Program-made: the position numbers and the translations under genes
DNA from: Octopus sinensis
Lineage: Eukaryota
Reading direction: 5' to 3'
Length of the DNA: 64,000 bases
NCBI RefSeq assembly: GCF_006345805.1
Contig: NW_021833288.1
Coordinates: forward strand, 12,470-76,469
The notes under the pieces: generated by a model
The model's input: only the letters and a program-made list of their open reading frames with translations
What the model was told of the DNA's origin: nothing
Database searches by the model: none
Shown: piece after piece, positions 39,180 through 52,186 of the stretch
Layout of the letters: every line of letters starts with the position of its first letter
Position numbering within the stretch: position 1 is the first letter of the stretch

Positions 39180-41475
39180 AGATGGAGATTGGCAACGTTT
39201 AGTTATCAAAAAACCTTGCTGAAAAAAGAGCTAATTTATTAAGTGATGAACATAGTGGAACTTTATCAATAAGATAATATTGTCTTCAATTTTTAAAAAG
39301 ATTTATTGAAAAAAGCAAAAATTTAATCGTTCCTGATTTTTGTTGTAATTGTATTGTCATATACAGTGAAACCTCTCGAATCCGCTGCTTCTCGAATCCG
39401 CCGCTTCTCGAATCCGCTTGTTTTAATCAAAAATTTGAAATTTCCTATGAATGATTCTTGAATCCGCTTGTTTCTCGAATCCGCTCCTCAAGTATTATGA
39501 AAAATAATTTTTTTATCTAATTGTAATAGACTTTCTATCAACGAAAAAATTTCTATACTACGTTATATTTCTGACAACCCATTCGTTTCTGCACCTCAAA
39601 TTTCCAGGATTGTTTCTTCACGGTTAAAAAAGAAAATTTCTCCGAGAACTATAAACGACCTTAAATCAAAATCGGACCTTTTGAATAGGACTGACATCAA
39701 AAAATTAAACATAACGAGAATTCCAAAACTCAAATTTAATGAAATTGATGTAGCGATGATAACATGGATTAACTTAATGGAATTCTAGTGGAGCAATTCT
39801 ATCAGATTCGATGTTAATTGCAAAAGCTCTAAGTTTGGAAAAAATTTTCCAGAATTTAAAGCAAGTCGTGGGTGGCTAGAAAAGTTTAAATTACGAAATG
39901 GTATCAAGTTAAGAATTTCACGGAGACAGTGGATCAGTAATCATGATGCAAAATCTATTACTGATTTTAATGAAACAATGAGTTTAAAAATTGAACAATA
40001 TGGATTGGACAATGTTTATAATGCAGATGAAACTGGTGTTTTTTACAAGGCGATTCCTTCCAAGTGTGTGTACCAATCACGGCCTGGAATAAAGTTGTCG
40101 AAGGATCGATTTTTGTTACTATTATGCGCAATTTGTTCTGGTTTTGTTTCCGATAAAAGAAGGCCGTTATGATAGGAGATTCAAAGTCCAGGGGTTGTTA
40201 AAAAAAATTCAACATTGGGAAAATGGTTACCTACACCCATTCCAATAAGGCATGGATGAACCGTGAATTTTTAACAAGTGGCTCAGTGATTTTGATGTGA
40301 ACTTGCAAAGAAAAAAAAAGAAAATCTACTTGTAATATTATCATGTCCATTTATCAATATTTAATAATTATACTAGGAACAATTATTGAAGAGGAATCAA
40401 ATGAGAAAAATTGATCTCTCAGAAGCCTTCAAGCTCTAGAGAAATTATTAAAACTTATGCTTTTCAGTTTTACAATTTAGATATAGATATCATTAAAATA
40501 TTTTCGAATTGGGGAAATGTTAAGAAAATCAATTAAAAAATAAATTCTGATTTTTTTTGAATAAACTAATTTTATGTATCATTCATTTGTAATATAAAAA
40601 AGAATACTTAATCTATATTGTGTTTCATATTTCAACTATCAAATATTTTAATTTGCCTCTCGAACCGCCGATTTCTTGAATCCGCCGATTTTTTGGTCGG
40701 TCCCAAAATCGGCGGATTCGAGAAGTTTTACTGTACAAGGAAAAGTACCGCCGGCATTAGCTTTTAAAACACATGAAATTTTAATAAATGATTTTTTTCC
40801 AGTCTCTGAAATTTATTAACGCTTTTCGATTAAGTTTGAAGCTATTATGAAATGGTATAGTTGCGAATGTTTTCCATTAGTGATCATTTTAAGGTTTTCA
40901 AGGGAATGAAGTTTGTTTAGTTTTATAAATTGTTTATTTTTTTGTTTAGAAACAACAATTTCAGCGTACAAAACGTAAATTATGCCGACTGATATTTAAT
41001 TCCCGCTACTTTTCAGTTTTTGTTATCTCAAAGGCATAATCTAGAAAAGATCAATGTGGAGTACTCTTCTCTAGTGGAGTACTTTCGAGCTAAACTCGCC
41101 CTTACGAAAAAACCCGTGCCTGTAAACCTTGAAAGACTTTAAAGCAATCAGGCACTTCACTAAGAAGAATGTTTCTAGAATATTCTTAAAGAAAAAAGAA
41201 TAGTGAATATTGAAGAAGTGAATCAGTTTAATGTCAAGTTACAATACTTAACAGGCATGTTTCAGCAGATTGCCCGAATTGTATCAAAACAAGAAGAACA
41301 AATCAATCGTTTGTGTCATGTGATTGACCGGAAATAGAATTGACAAGAATTTAGAAGAGACGGAGAACTATGTAGAACAGGGATATTGGATGTTGAATAA
41401 GTATTTAAATTTTATCTCAAAAAGTCAGTAACTGTTCTTCAAGATTATTTTATGTATATGTTTATTTCTGACTTA
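39180..41475 (+). pseudogene. STX5: Syntaxin-5-like pseudogene (copy 2), interrupted by Tigger
   Basis: Same SNARE motif and same in-frame TAA as copy 1, plus a 5-bp deletion in the TM-coding tail and a Tigger insertion. Confidence 0.6.
39364..40733 (+). mobile_element. Tigger/pogo element, copy 2 only
   Basis: TA TSD (empty site 'cata-TA-caagg' at 24386 in copy 1). TIR cagt.aaac.tctcgaatccgc with repeated subterminal 'ctcgaatccgc' motifs. Remnants 'ASRGWLEKFKLRNG' and 'VYNADETGVFY'. Confidence 0.95.
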
Positions 41476-41821
41476 GTGAAATAAACAAATTTAATATTAA
41501 ATAATAATTTTTAATTTGTGAAGCTGTTAATGGATTATCGCATCGCTTTGGAGTCATCAACGTGTAAAAATCTAATTATTCGATTTAGATTTAACGTTCT
41601 ATTTGAAATAATGTTTCTAAAGTTATTTTGGTGAAGTTGGTCATGGTTGCTTGGACATGTTCCTTTGACCGCTCCTATGAGTACCCATGAAGCTCAGTTC
41701 TCGGGCTACTTTTCCTATCTTAGCATTCCAATATATGTAAAGTAGATAGCTCGTGGATATTTCCCTAAGAGTTGTGGACAGTGAACTGTAAAAGCCATTC
41801 AGTTTCATTGGATTTTTAGAT

Positions 41822-42738
41822 CAGGGATGTATACTCATTTCGCTTCGAAGGCCGCATTTTAAAATAATTTCCCTGTAAGGGCCGAATTTATAACAATTTT
41901 TCATTTTAATGAAAACTAAAAATAAAGAAATTTAAATATGTAATCGAAATCTTTTAATCGTGCTTAGAGCTACTTCCAAATGATTGACATTTTTTTCCGA
42001 TACAATTTTTGATATATCGGGCTCAATTATTCGTATAGTCCCGACTTCAACTAGAGCCGATAAATTTTCATCTGGTGGCGTGTTCTACTAACAATTTTTG
42101 TTCAATTTTTGTTTCATATACTAACAATTTCATATTTTGTTAATTTCATACAATTTTTGTTAATTTCATATAATTAAAAAAATTGGCGTCATGAAGATGC
42201 GTAAAGAAAGAAAGTTTTCTAACTTCATCTAATAATCCTATGATCTATGATTGGAATTTTAATTCCTTTTTAATTATATTCTTTGGTATAGCGATTAACT
42301 GGTTACATTTCAAACACTATTTTTGCATCAATTGTAGTACAAAAATAAGTTACCATTTTTATGAAACACTCTTTTCATTCTTCAATAGTTTTATTAGTCT
42401 AACATGAAAAAGATCCGAGGAATTAGCACTTAGAGGACTTGAAAACAGGAACCACGTAAATTTCAACTCCAGTTTTGCTCTGGGAGATTTTTCTTAGCAT
42501 CTTTAACGAATTCGTGTCAATACTCTGCCCATGCAGGTCCTCCAGCGGATTGCTGAGCTCCAGCCCGAATGCCAATTTGATGCCAAATCGTCTGGTTTTT
42601 TTTGAGTTTGTCAATTAAACAACCCCTTTTGTCTGTTTGATACCAGTCTCTCAATCCATATATCAGTAGAGGCTAAATTAATCTACTAAACATTACTGTT
42701 GCACATGAGGCTTGCGAGCCCCGTGTTTGACACCTTTG
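41822..42738 (-). mobile_element. Old non-autonomous hAT (copy 2)
   Basis: Paralogue of 25479-26400. Confidence 0.75.
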
Positions 42739-43162
42739 TTTTAGACGCTTTTGGAGATGTAGATGAATATACATGTATAATTGTAGATTTAGATCCAACT
42801 TCCAGTTGAATTACACAAACTTTGTCATTTACTTTTCATATTCTTTTGATATATTTCCTTAGTTTAATATCCACAGAAATGCTCATCCCGTAGAGATGGC
42901 AGTCCAATAAAAGCAGAATAAGGTCGTGGGCAGCATTTTTTTAGTTAAGTCCTTATTGACTTTGATCTGTTGGAGGAAAAAATGTTCAGGTTTGGAAAAG
43001 TGACCTCCTTTTCACCGAAATGTTGAAAAAGTTCAGCGTAAACAGAGAGTTTGAAAAAGTAAAAAAACATTTAAATCATAATATTTCTTTGATTAAAATC
43101 ATATTTTTATTTATAATTTATAGATTAAATAAATTTGTAAATAAAATAATGTATTCACCGTT

Positions 43163-44192
43163 ATGTATTTGATTGGATCATTGTGGGAACTCATATACAA
43201 GGTCGCAAGCTATGCATTTTCTATTTTTAATCGAACCTGGAGGTATTTAACATGGCCGTCGGTACTAGAATTATGCTCAAAACCTATGAGTGGACTCGTT
43301 TTATCTCAACTCGGTAAAATGAATCAATAAATAATCGCTAGAAATACAGATCAGCAATAACAATTTATTTATTTAATAAATTCTGAGGATTGTTCAGAAC
43401 AAATTATTGAATCGGCAATTTCTGATTTCTGTTTACAACTGCAGATTAATCATGTTCAGAATAAACGGTTTGTTTTATTGATATTTCAAATTAATAAAAA
43501 TAGAGCCTTAAGTATGCTGGAATATTACATTAAATTCATTTCCAAATATAATAAATTGTCAAATTTGATTTTGAACAAGACCAAAAAATGTGTCAATTCC
43601 TTAGATGAATCAGATTACAAGATTTTATCAAAGGTGTAAACTGATATCAAAATTTTAGATATTTGTTATTTTAATTGGAAGGGATCCTGAAGGTCCGGAC
43701 TCCTCTGATTGGGAAATGATAGGTTTCCAGGGTCGCAATCCAATGACCGACTTTAGAGGAATGGGCACACTTGGTTTAGAATGTTTCGAGTTTTATTTAT
43801 TATTTTATAAAATAGTCATTTTGTTTCTTTTTACGAGGACGATGCCAGGAAACTACTTTTCAACTCTCAAGATAATGTTATTGGGTATCAAATTAAATTT
43901 TTAATGCTATTTAGACTTCCTTTGGCCATTTTCTTGATAAATGTAGTCAATTTGAATTATCAAATGTTTATTGATGGTACTTTCAAGGGGTATTATTTAC
44001 CGAATATGGAAAAACTGGATATAAATTTATTTTATGATACGTGCTGTGAGGTTTCATTATTCACTTTTAGGTATAATGTTCATGGAAGTATCCGAAGCAT
44101 GGATAAACAGCAACCCTGAAAGTTTTATGGATTTTGTTCAATTTTTAACAAGTTTTTCTGATGCGAAAAAATCAGCTCTAGCCAAGATATAG
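43163..44192 (+). pseudogene. ELMOD: ELMOD copy 2, frameshifted in exon 2
   Basis: A 1-bp deletion at about 43371 (tttaattta > tttattta) gives TAA at 43374-43376. Confidence 0.75.
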
Positions 44193-44457
44193 TTTATTTA
44201 ATAAGATTTGGTTTTAAATATTATTTTAAATTTCCAATATTTATTAGACTCATTTAGCTCAAAAATTCAATATTTAACACTTACCAATTAAATCTTTTTC
44301 TACTTGGTTTGGGTTCACATGATCAGTAAGTTTTCAAGAATATGCCAAATTTCCTGATAACTTTGATTAAAACGAATGCAGAAGAAATAAGTATTTTGAC
44401 AATTTGTGTCTATATAAAGACTTCTTATTATAAATTAACGTTTTTAGTTACTAATAA

Positions 44458-47445
44458 CTAATTAATCTGTATAATTCTCCTCCTTTTTGAACCGCTGCAC
44501 TGGATCTGCGTATTCTCCTCCTCTAACACTTCATATGACACATGAGACACATCTTCCGGCTTTGTGTCTATATAGATAATTAATTATTTGAACTTATTTG
44601 TGTGCACAACCTTCTTTTTTAGGGATTAAAGAAACCAGAATAGGTAATTTATAGAAACAATAGAATAAAAATACATAAGTAAATAATTAAAAAAATTGGC
44701 GTCAATTACATAAAAATATGGATAGAAAAGTTCAAATTTCAATCAGGTTCATCCTAAAAATATCAAAATATAATAAAACATTTTCATTAACACCCGAAAA
44801 AGTAGACCTTCTCTTTGAACTTTGACAACAAAGTTCGACCAAAAAATCAATATGCTTTCTACAAAAGAATTTTTTATTTGAATCCTTCACAAGCCGCCCG
44901 TCAAAATGATAATTGCAATATGAAGTCGTGCACAACGAACAGCAAAATGAAGCTCGAACACCACAGATGTCACAGAAATGCCAAGGACATAACCAAATTC
45001 CTTGACGATTCTCTGATTTCATTTTAACACATCGATTATGATATCGCCCTCCACACTCATAACAGGCAGTGTAATTATTTGTGGCAGGTATTTTACACTT
45101 AAAACAAATTCGTTCATTTTTCTTCGTTTTCTTAACATCGTTATTTGTTCCTTTATCAGGCAGACCGAGAGAACCCGTGCATTTATCTGAACCGCAGTTA
45201 CACACCAGCCGATCAGTGCCAATATATTTAAAATTATAATTAAAAGTTAGTTCAGTATCTAAAAATAAAAAACATGTATTTACAAACTGGCTGGAATGTC
45301 TTTCAAAGCAAAAAACCCGACTCGATATTCTCCGTGGACATTCCAGATTTGAGTAGTCAAATTAGGATCGCAACTATGATTTATAAATCTGGATAGATTT
45401 CCTTTGTATTTAGCATCAATAACACTATTTCATATTTTTATTAATCAACCGGTTTTTTCCAATGTCCATAAAATAGAAATTCTTATCGTCGATTATGTGA
45501 AGATGCTTAAGACGCTTATTCACCTCTTCTTCGTTTATAATTTCCCCCACATATTCGTTAATAAACTCCCCCTTTGATAATATTATAAAGAAAAACTTTT
45601 TTTAAATCTTCTTTTACTCTCAGTCCAAACCCAGTACTGGTCGTTCGGAAACACTCTTGTTTGGGGTAGCGACGACGAGTAAACTGCTGATTCTTACATT
45701 TTTTGCCATTTGGACACAACAATGGATGGCATTCGTACATGAGATAGCGATTAAAGCATTTCTCTGTGGAGCATAACTCTTCCTCCGTACAATCACACTG
45801 AGGCAATTTAGAAATATTTATCTTGGTAGGCTTGACACTCCCAAAATATTTATTTGTCTATAATCACAGAGTAAATGTATTTAAATACTTTAATTTTTTC
45901 AAAGTTTAGAGTAGTTGATTCTCTAAAGTAATTCACATCAATGTTGTTTCGCCACTCTGTCCATTCAGCAGCGGCATTTTCGGCGATAGAAATTGCTAAG
46001 AAATTAAATAATGTAAATACCTTCCAAATATTTAATATCTAAGGTGTTTCGACCCAATTTTACATTCATGTCATCCCCGATATGAAATTTAAAAACTCTA
46101 AAAATTACCAAAAAATGTTTAAACGTTGATTTATTAGCCCAGGCATATGTTTTGTCAGCAAAAAACATAACAATAAACTCCCCTCGTTTATGTTTACTTT
46201 GGGCAGTATTTACAGGTATCAACTCGGGGATGCAAATTTCAGCTGGCCACCACCTAATAATAAGTAAATTACATTAACTAACCGATAACTCCCGAGCTTC
46301 ATCCATACAATATCGCCATATAACGGCCGCACTCCAGATATGCAATCATTACATCGCCACTGTTCACTCTGATACGGTTCTTGCTTCATGTTGAGGCACT
46401 TCATATGGAAGGATGCAGAACAAGTGTCACAGCACAGGATCTTTCCTCCTAAAAATTTATATTCCCAAATCACCTTCCGAACAGATGAAACAAAAGCTAA
46501 TGTTCTGTTTAACAGATTTCAAATGGTCAGGGCAAATAATATACTCGCTAGAAAATAAACTAGACCCAGCAGGAAGACAATAATAGCTTCCATGGTATGT
46601 ATTTGGACACATTAAACAGGATATAAGTTTCACTAATTCTACTAAAAAATAATAAAACTTTTTGAATGTTCCTTGGGATTCTGACGGCGTAGAGCAAAAC
46701 AAGTGACACAGTAATGCCTTGGACAGTAAAATGTCTTGTGTCGACCATTACATGCATCTCCTCTGAACACAGTTAAGCAATTTGAGTCATAGTGAAGATT
46801 GCAACCTGAATAACCACACATTCTAAGACAAATATTATTCTTCCTACAGCTAAAACATGCTTCTTTATTGATAGCTAAATCATAAAATAACAGAACCCCA
46901 CATTTAACGTAGTATAGGCATCCTTCGCAGTAGTAATGACTTTTATACAAAACAAGACATTTAGAATGAAACATTTTTTTGCATTGCCCCTCACATGCTT
47001 GAAACTTTGATTGGTTTACAGAATCTTCGATCAATTTTTTGTCACATTCATAACAATATTCTTGAAGTTCAGATTCCACATTTTTCAGTTTAGTTAAATC
47101 TCCAATTGTTGATTTTATGTGTGTAAATTGTAGTCTACGTTCAACTTGCTTGTCACAGCTTTGGACTAGCTTTTCGATTTTTTTCTAAATTGGAGTTTAT
47201 TTTAGATTTCAACCTCAAGACTGGATATTGAAAAACTACTTACACTATCTTTATCTACTAATTCTGACGATGGTGAAGTAGAAAAAGCAGAATCCGAAGC
47301 TGGACGTTGTTTTCCCAATAAATGTTCTATTTAAAAAGTGGATTAATCGGGAAAAAAGAATTTGGATTGCAATTATCAAAATTTAATTTAGTAGTATAAG
47401 ATTTTTAAAATGTACAAATTGATACTAACCAGGTACAACATCCAT
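44458..47445 (-). CDS. NSD: NSD-family H3K36 methyltransferase, copy 2, apparently intact
   Basis: PHD-PWWP('[18 protein letters not shown]|WWPA')-AWS-SET-postSET-PHD-C5HCH reads open after short-intron removal at the three places where copy 1 is shifted. The start ATG (47445) is inferred. Confidence 0.88.
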
Positions 47446-49971
47446 TACTTTATATCGAGAATAATTAAAATTTAATAATCATATTTATTATTTAAAATTT
47501 TTAAATGATATTAAAGTTTAATATTGATATTTTAACTTTTTATGAGGAAAATTCATAAATAGCGGCTAACTCCATAGTATAACAAATGCATTCCCATCCT
47601 CGATTACAGATGATTGTCCGAACAGTGCATATTTCAAAATTTTTCATAATAACCAAAGAGCTAAGGAGTCAAAATTACGCAATAAAATAAAAAATCAATA
47701 TTATATTGAGCGTGATAGGGAATTACGCGATGTCATGCGCTATAAGAAACCATATGCAACATAATAGGTTCGTACTTCCGAGATCTTTTTCCATTTTAAT
47801 TGATTCAGAACAATTACAAGCAAAGTGTCATTTTTGAGTGTACGTTGAATAAATTTACATTCAATGAACATTTTTTTGAATAAATTGACTAATCCCATTT
47901 TTATCAAATGAAACATTTCGCTTGTCGATAAGGAGCACAAAGAGAAACATTTTTCTTGAAAGATTCACCGATAGCAATGCGTTCTCATTTGTCATTGAAT
48001 AAACATAATTGTTAGAAAAGTGTAAGTTAAAGCCAGATTCATTGAAGAAAATAATTTACTGATTTTTTCTGAGCATCATATCAGATGCTTATTTCCTTTT
48101 TTATGTACATCATAAAGGGTTATCGAAAATCTTCTTAAACCCTTTTTGGTTAGACCACCTTCTTTTGCAAAAAACTCATTCTTTGTTTTTAGATACTAAT
48201 TTTTTTCTTAAGAAGGTTTTTCGCAGCTTTAAGTTTTTATTTGATTAAAGAGATTTTCGCCAACTTGATATTTTTGATCTAAATGATTTTTGTCCATTTC
48301 TATTATGTACGTAATTTTGGAACTGAATTTAATAAAAGAACCAGTTATTTAAAAAAAATAAACTTTTAAAAAGAAAAATATTTTTAAAAAATTCAATTTT
48401 ACTTGCGAACTAGTTTAAAAACTGCTCATTTTATTATGGGAACTGTACACCGAACATTTTCTTATGAAGGCCAAATTTCTTATAAATATCAAGAAAGTAT
48501 GATTGAATAAATAAAAATGCATGGCCTTGTTAAAGAATTTTGTGGATTATAAATGACGAAGTGGTGTTTATTAAGTTTCGTATTTCTACACTATCGAAAA
48601 GTTATCATAAAATCTAAAAAAATAACACTTTATGAAGAATAATACGCAAGCTTTTTGAATAAATAAGATTTCTTCTCATTTTTTGGCAAATAAACTGTTA
48701 CCCGTAAGTCCTGAAATATTTCCTAGTATTCAATAAGGAAGCTGACTCCTCTGAACATCTCAGTTCTTTTCTTTTATCAATGAACTATTAGTTGCTCTGA
48801 CAATTCGATTGTTATAGTTTTCAAGTTTTCAGTCATGGTCTCTAACGTTTTAATGTATCAAAATTATTTGAATGTAAAAAATCTGGTATGCCGGGTTATT
48901 ACAAACTTTACAAAATTTTAATATCGGAAAGACAGCCTTAGTTTTGATGAAAAGTTTCCTCTCGGACAGAATCGTTAAGATGTATAATGAACTCTATTAC
49001 ACTTTGACGCGTTCAATTATTGAACAACTTATAAAAGATTGCGAAATTTGGTGTGCTATTGAAAGTCAACCCTCTCTATAACAGCGTTTCCCGAAGTGGG
49101 TGCCGTGGAACCTTAATATGCCACAGACAAGTGCTAGGAATGACGCGAAAAATTCGAAAAATTATTTTATTATTCAAGTAAATTTACTTTAAATCGTCTG
49201 ATTGAATTACTCGAGGAACCTTTATGTATTTGTGAGTCAGCAAAATCGCCAGTTACATAATATTTTTTGATAAAAAGTTTTTTCGTGATAGAAAAAGTTT
49301 GGGAAACCCTTTTCTATAGTGAACAAAACGTTCATGTCAGAACATCATGTTTACAATTCTCTATAGCGAAGAAAAAAATGAGCAAGGAATCAAAATAACA
49401 ATAAACAAAATTAAAGTATAATTACAACGATTATTTAGAGATTTCATTCATGTAATCGGTGATTTTTTGAGAATGATTAGTTTGATAATTTCTTAAAATT
49501 TTTTGTAATTTCGTATATTTTTCTTCTTTCTTTATAATCATTCTCAAGAAACCATAATTCAAGCGCCATTGCATACTCACTAGCTTCATATAGAGTCGGA
49601 AAATAATTTTATTCATCTTCCTCTTCAACTTGGTCTTGCTATTTTGTTTTCCTCTAAAAGTTCGGTATAAAGTTTTTGTCGTCAATTTGGAGGTCTATTT
49701 TGATCGGCACAAACGAATTTCTCTCTGTGTCATATAGTGTCGGAACATTAATTTTTTCCTCTTGAATTTTGTCTTGGTGTTTTAGTTTTCTCAAGAAGTT
49801 CTGTTTTCGTCATCAATCTGACGATGCAAAATGGATTTTTAAATAAAGATCTTGCGTGGGAATTGCCATTCCATCTTATCCTCTGCTGCTAATTAAATAC
49901 TAAATAAAAGATTCTTTTTTTTTCTTTAAATAATTTATTACAAGAGAATTTAAAAGATTTTAAACATGTAT

Positions 49972-51795
49972 TCGGTCAGTGTAACTAATCCCAAAAGTTC
50001 CGTAAGGTGTTTAGCAAGATTATAGGGCGTAGATTTTCGACAGCCCAGCCTGCTTGTTAGGCTTTGGATCGGTATTAATAATCCGGAATCAAGACCGAGG
50101 AATTCCTTTTCATAAACATACCATTGAGTAGCTCCGCCAGTTGTCTGTAGTGCAGGAGGCGGTCCGTATTTAAACAGTTCTGAATTTATCCATCCGGTCC
50201 AGAGGAGCGGCCATTTTTAAGTTTGGCTATTGCAGTTGATACTTCACCGGTGGTGATAGGTAGGCTGAGATGAGTGGTGTATCCGCTGGTGTAATCGGAT
50301 TTCTCCGTGAGCGGTTAATATACTCTCGAAATACGAGGCTATATATTCAGCCTGCTCTTTGGGATTTGTGATGAATCTTCCATTGCTGTCATGGATTTTG
50401 AGTTTGTTAGTTTGTTTTTTCCTGTTGAGTAGGCGGATTGCCGTAAACATTTTTGAAGAGTCCTTTAGAGCTGTTCAATTCCTGCAGCTATTAAGTCGAG
50501 TTTGTTAGTGAAGTTTGTCTTTCAAATTTTGATTTTTTTCTGGGTAGATGAACGTCTATTCTGTAAGATTTGTTTCTCTCTTCGGATCAGATGTGTTTTC
50601 CAGTTGATTTAGGACAGGAAGATCCACCGCCGATGCTGTCTGGGCCCACAAGTGGTACTGCGCTATCACCCAGAGATACAAAAGTGCAACAACAGTCCTG
50701 GGAATAGACCTGTCTAGGGCCTTTGACACGGTACGCCGTGGTCTACTCCTCAAAATACTGGAACAATTCCTGGACCCTGACTCTGTCAATATGATAAGAG
50801 TACTACTATCGAACACAAAGCTCAAGGTGCGGGTCGGCACGGCGTTTTCCCGTGAATTCACGTGCAACGTCGGTACCCCTCAGGGAGACGCCCTCTCGCC
50901 GTTGCTATTCGTGATCTATCTGGAGACGGCACTACGAGACCTTCGAAAATTCTATGCTGGCAATATCGTCGAAATTGTATATGCAGATGACGTCGACTTC
51001 GTGTCAGACGACAAATCGGCCTTACTTCGACTCCTTGAAGTGGCACCTGCTGAGCTGAACAGATGGTTCCTTAAAATGAACGTTGGAAAAACCGACATCG
51101 TTGAAATCATGAGGATGGAGAGCAGCTCAAGTGAAGCCTGGCGCAAAACGAACAAACTCGGTTCTCTACTTGGGGACGGCCATGATATTGTCAGAAGAAA
51201 GGCTCTCGCTTGGGCCACGATGAACAAGATAAAGAAAGAGTGGATCGGCAAACGACGACTCTGTACGTCACTTCGTCTGAGGATGTATGAAGCCTTTGTC
51301 AAACAATCCTGACATATAATTCGGCGACCTGGGGAATGTCTAGTACTGAACAACGTGGACTCGATTCTTTTCACCGCAGGCAACTTAGATCCCTACTGGG
51401 ATTGAGAACTGGCCTATAAGAATCAACCAGGAATCGCTATACAATAGATGCAGAAATGGCCTCTGAGTGTGGAAATCGTCATATGCGGTGGAGGTTCTTT
51501 GGCCATATTCTACGAATGGACATGCTTGCCCCAGCTAACATAGCATGGAGGGCTACTTCCTGAAAGAGGGATCGAGCTTCCGTGGACGTCACGTGTTACG
51601 CTGCCGGAAACACTTGACGGAGACCTGAAATGTGTGAAGAAAAGGCTAAGGAGTGGTGAGGATCTGGACGAGCTGAGGAAACTCGCTCACGACAGAGGAG
51701 GTTGGAGGAGGCTGGTTCAAAGGATTGTTTTTAATGCTGCACGAGTAAAATTATAACTAATATGATTCTACGTATGTTGCAAATAATAATAATAA
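49972..51795 (+). mobile_element. RTE-clade retrotransposon with inverted 5' segment, copy 2 only
   Basis: 11-bp TSD taaacatgtat (49961-49971, 51796-51806) and a (TAA)n tail. Plus-strand RT from about 50600 ('GIDLSRAFDTV', 'GTPQGDALSP', 'YADDVDF'). Upstream ORF2 sequence ('KLKNGRSSGPDG', 'LRPIILLNTLR') lies on the minus strand in 49972-50600. Confidence 0.92.
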
Positions 51796-51923
51796 TAAAC
51801 ATGTATAGGGAAAAGTGAAAATATAATACAAAATGAAACTAATTTAAACTCTAATGAATTCTAAGTTGTCAGTTAGAATTAAATTATTTAAAGTTGATTG
51901 GCTGTATTAATTCATTTTCTTAC

Positions 51924-52175
51924 TTTTGAGCCATTCCTTATCTCTCTAACTGCAATCTCTTGTCGACCATCATTAATCGGATCCTCACTCCAGCATTGTT
52001 GTTTTATGACCACGTTCGTCGTCCTCAACTAACTTTTTGTAGAGACTTTCGTTTTATAAATGAATGACCTCACTAATATCACTTTTGGAAGGTTCTTTTG
52101 TACAATAGACTGAATATATGCTCTCGTAATTATATCCACACCCAAAACAAATAGAAAAATATATATTCCATACAT
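51924..52175 (-). pseudogene. Copy 2 of the unidentified secreted-protein gene, frameshifted
   Basis: Exon 2 has -2, +4 and -1 indels relative to copy 1. Confidence 0.45.
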
Positions 52176-52186
52176 CGAATATATAA

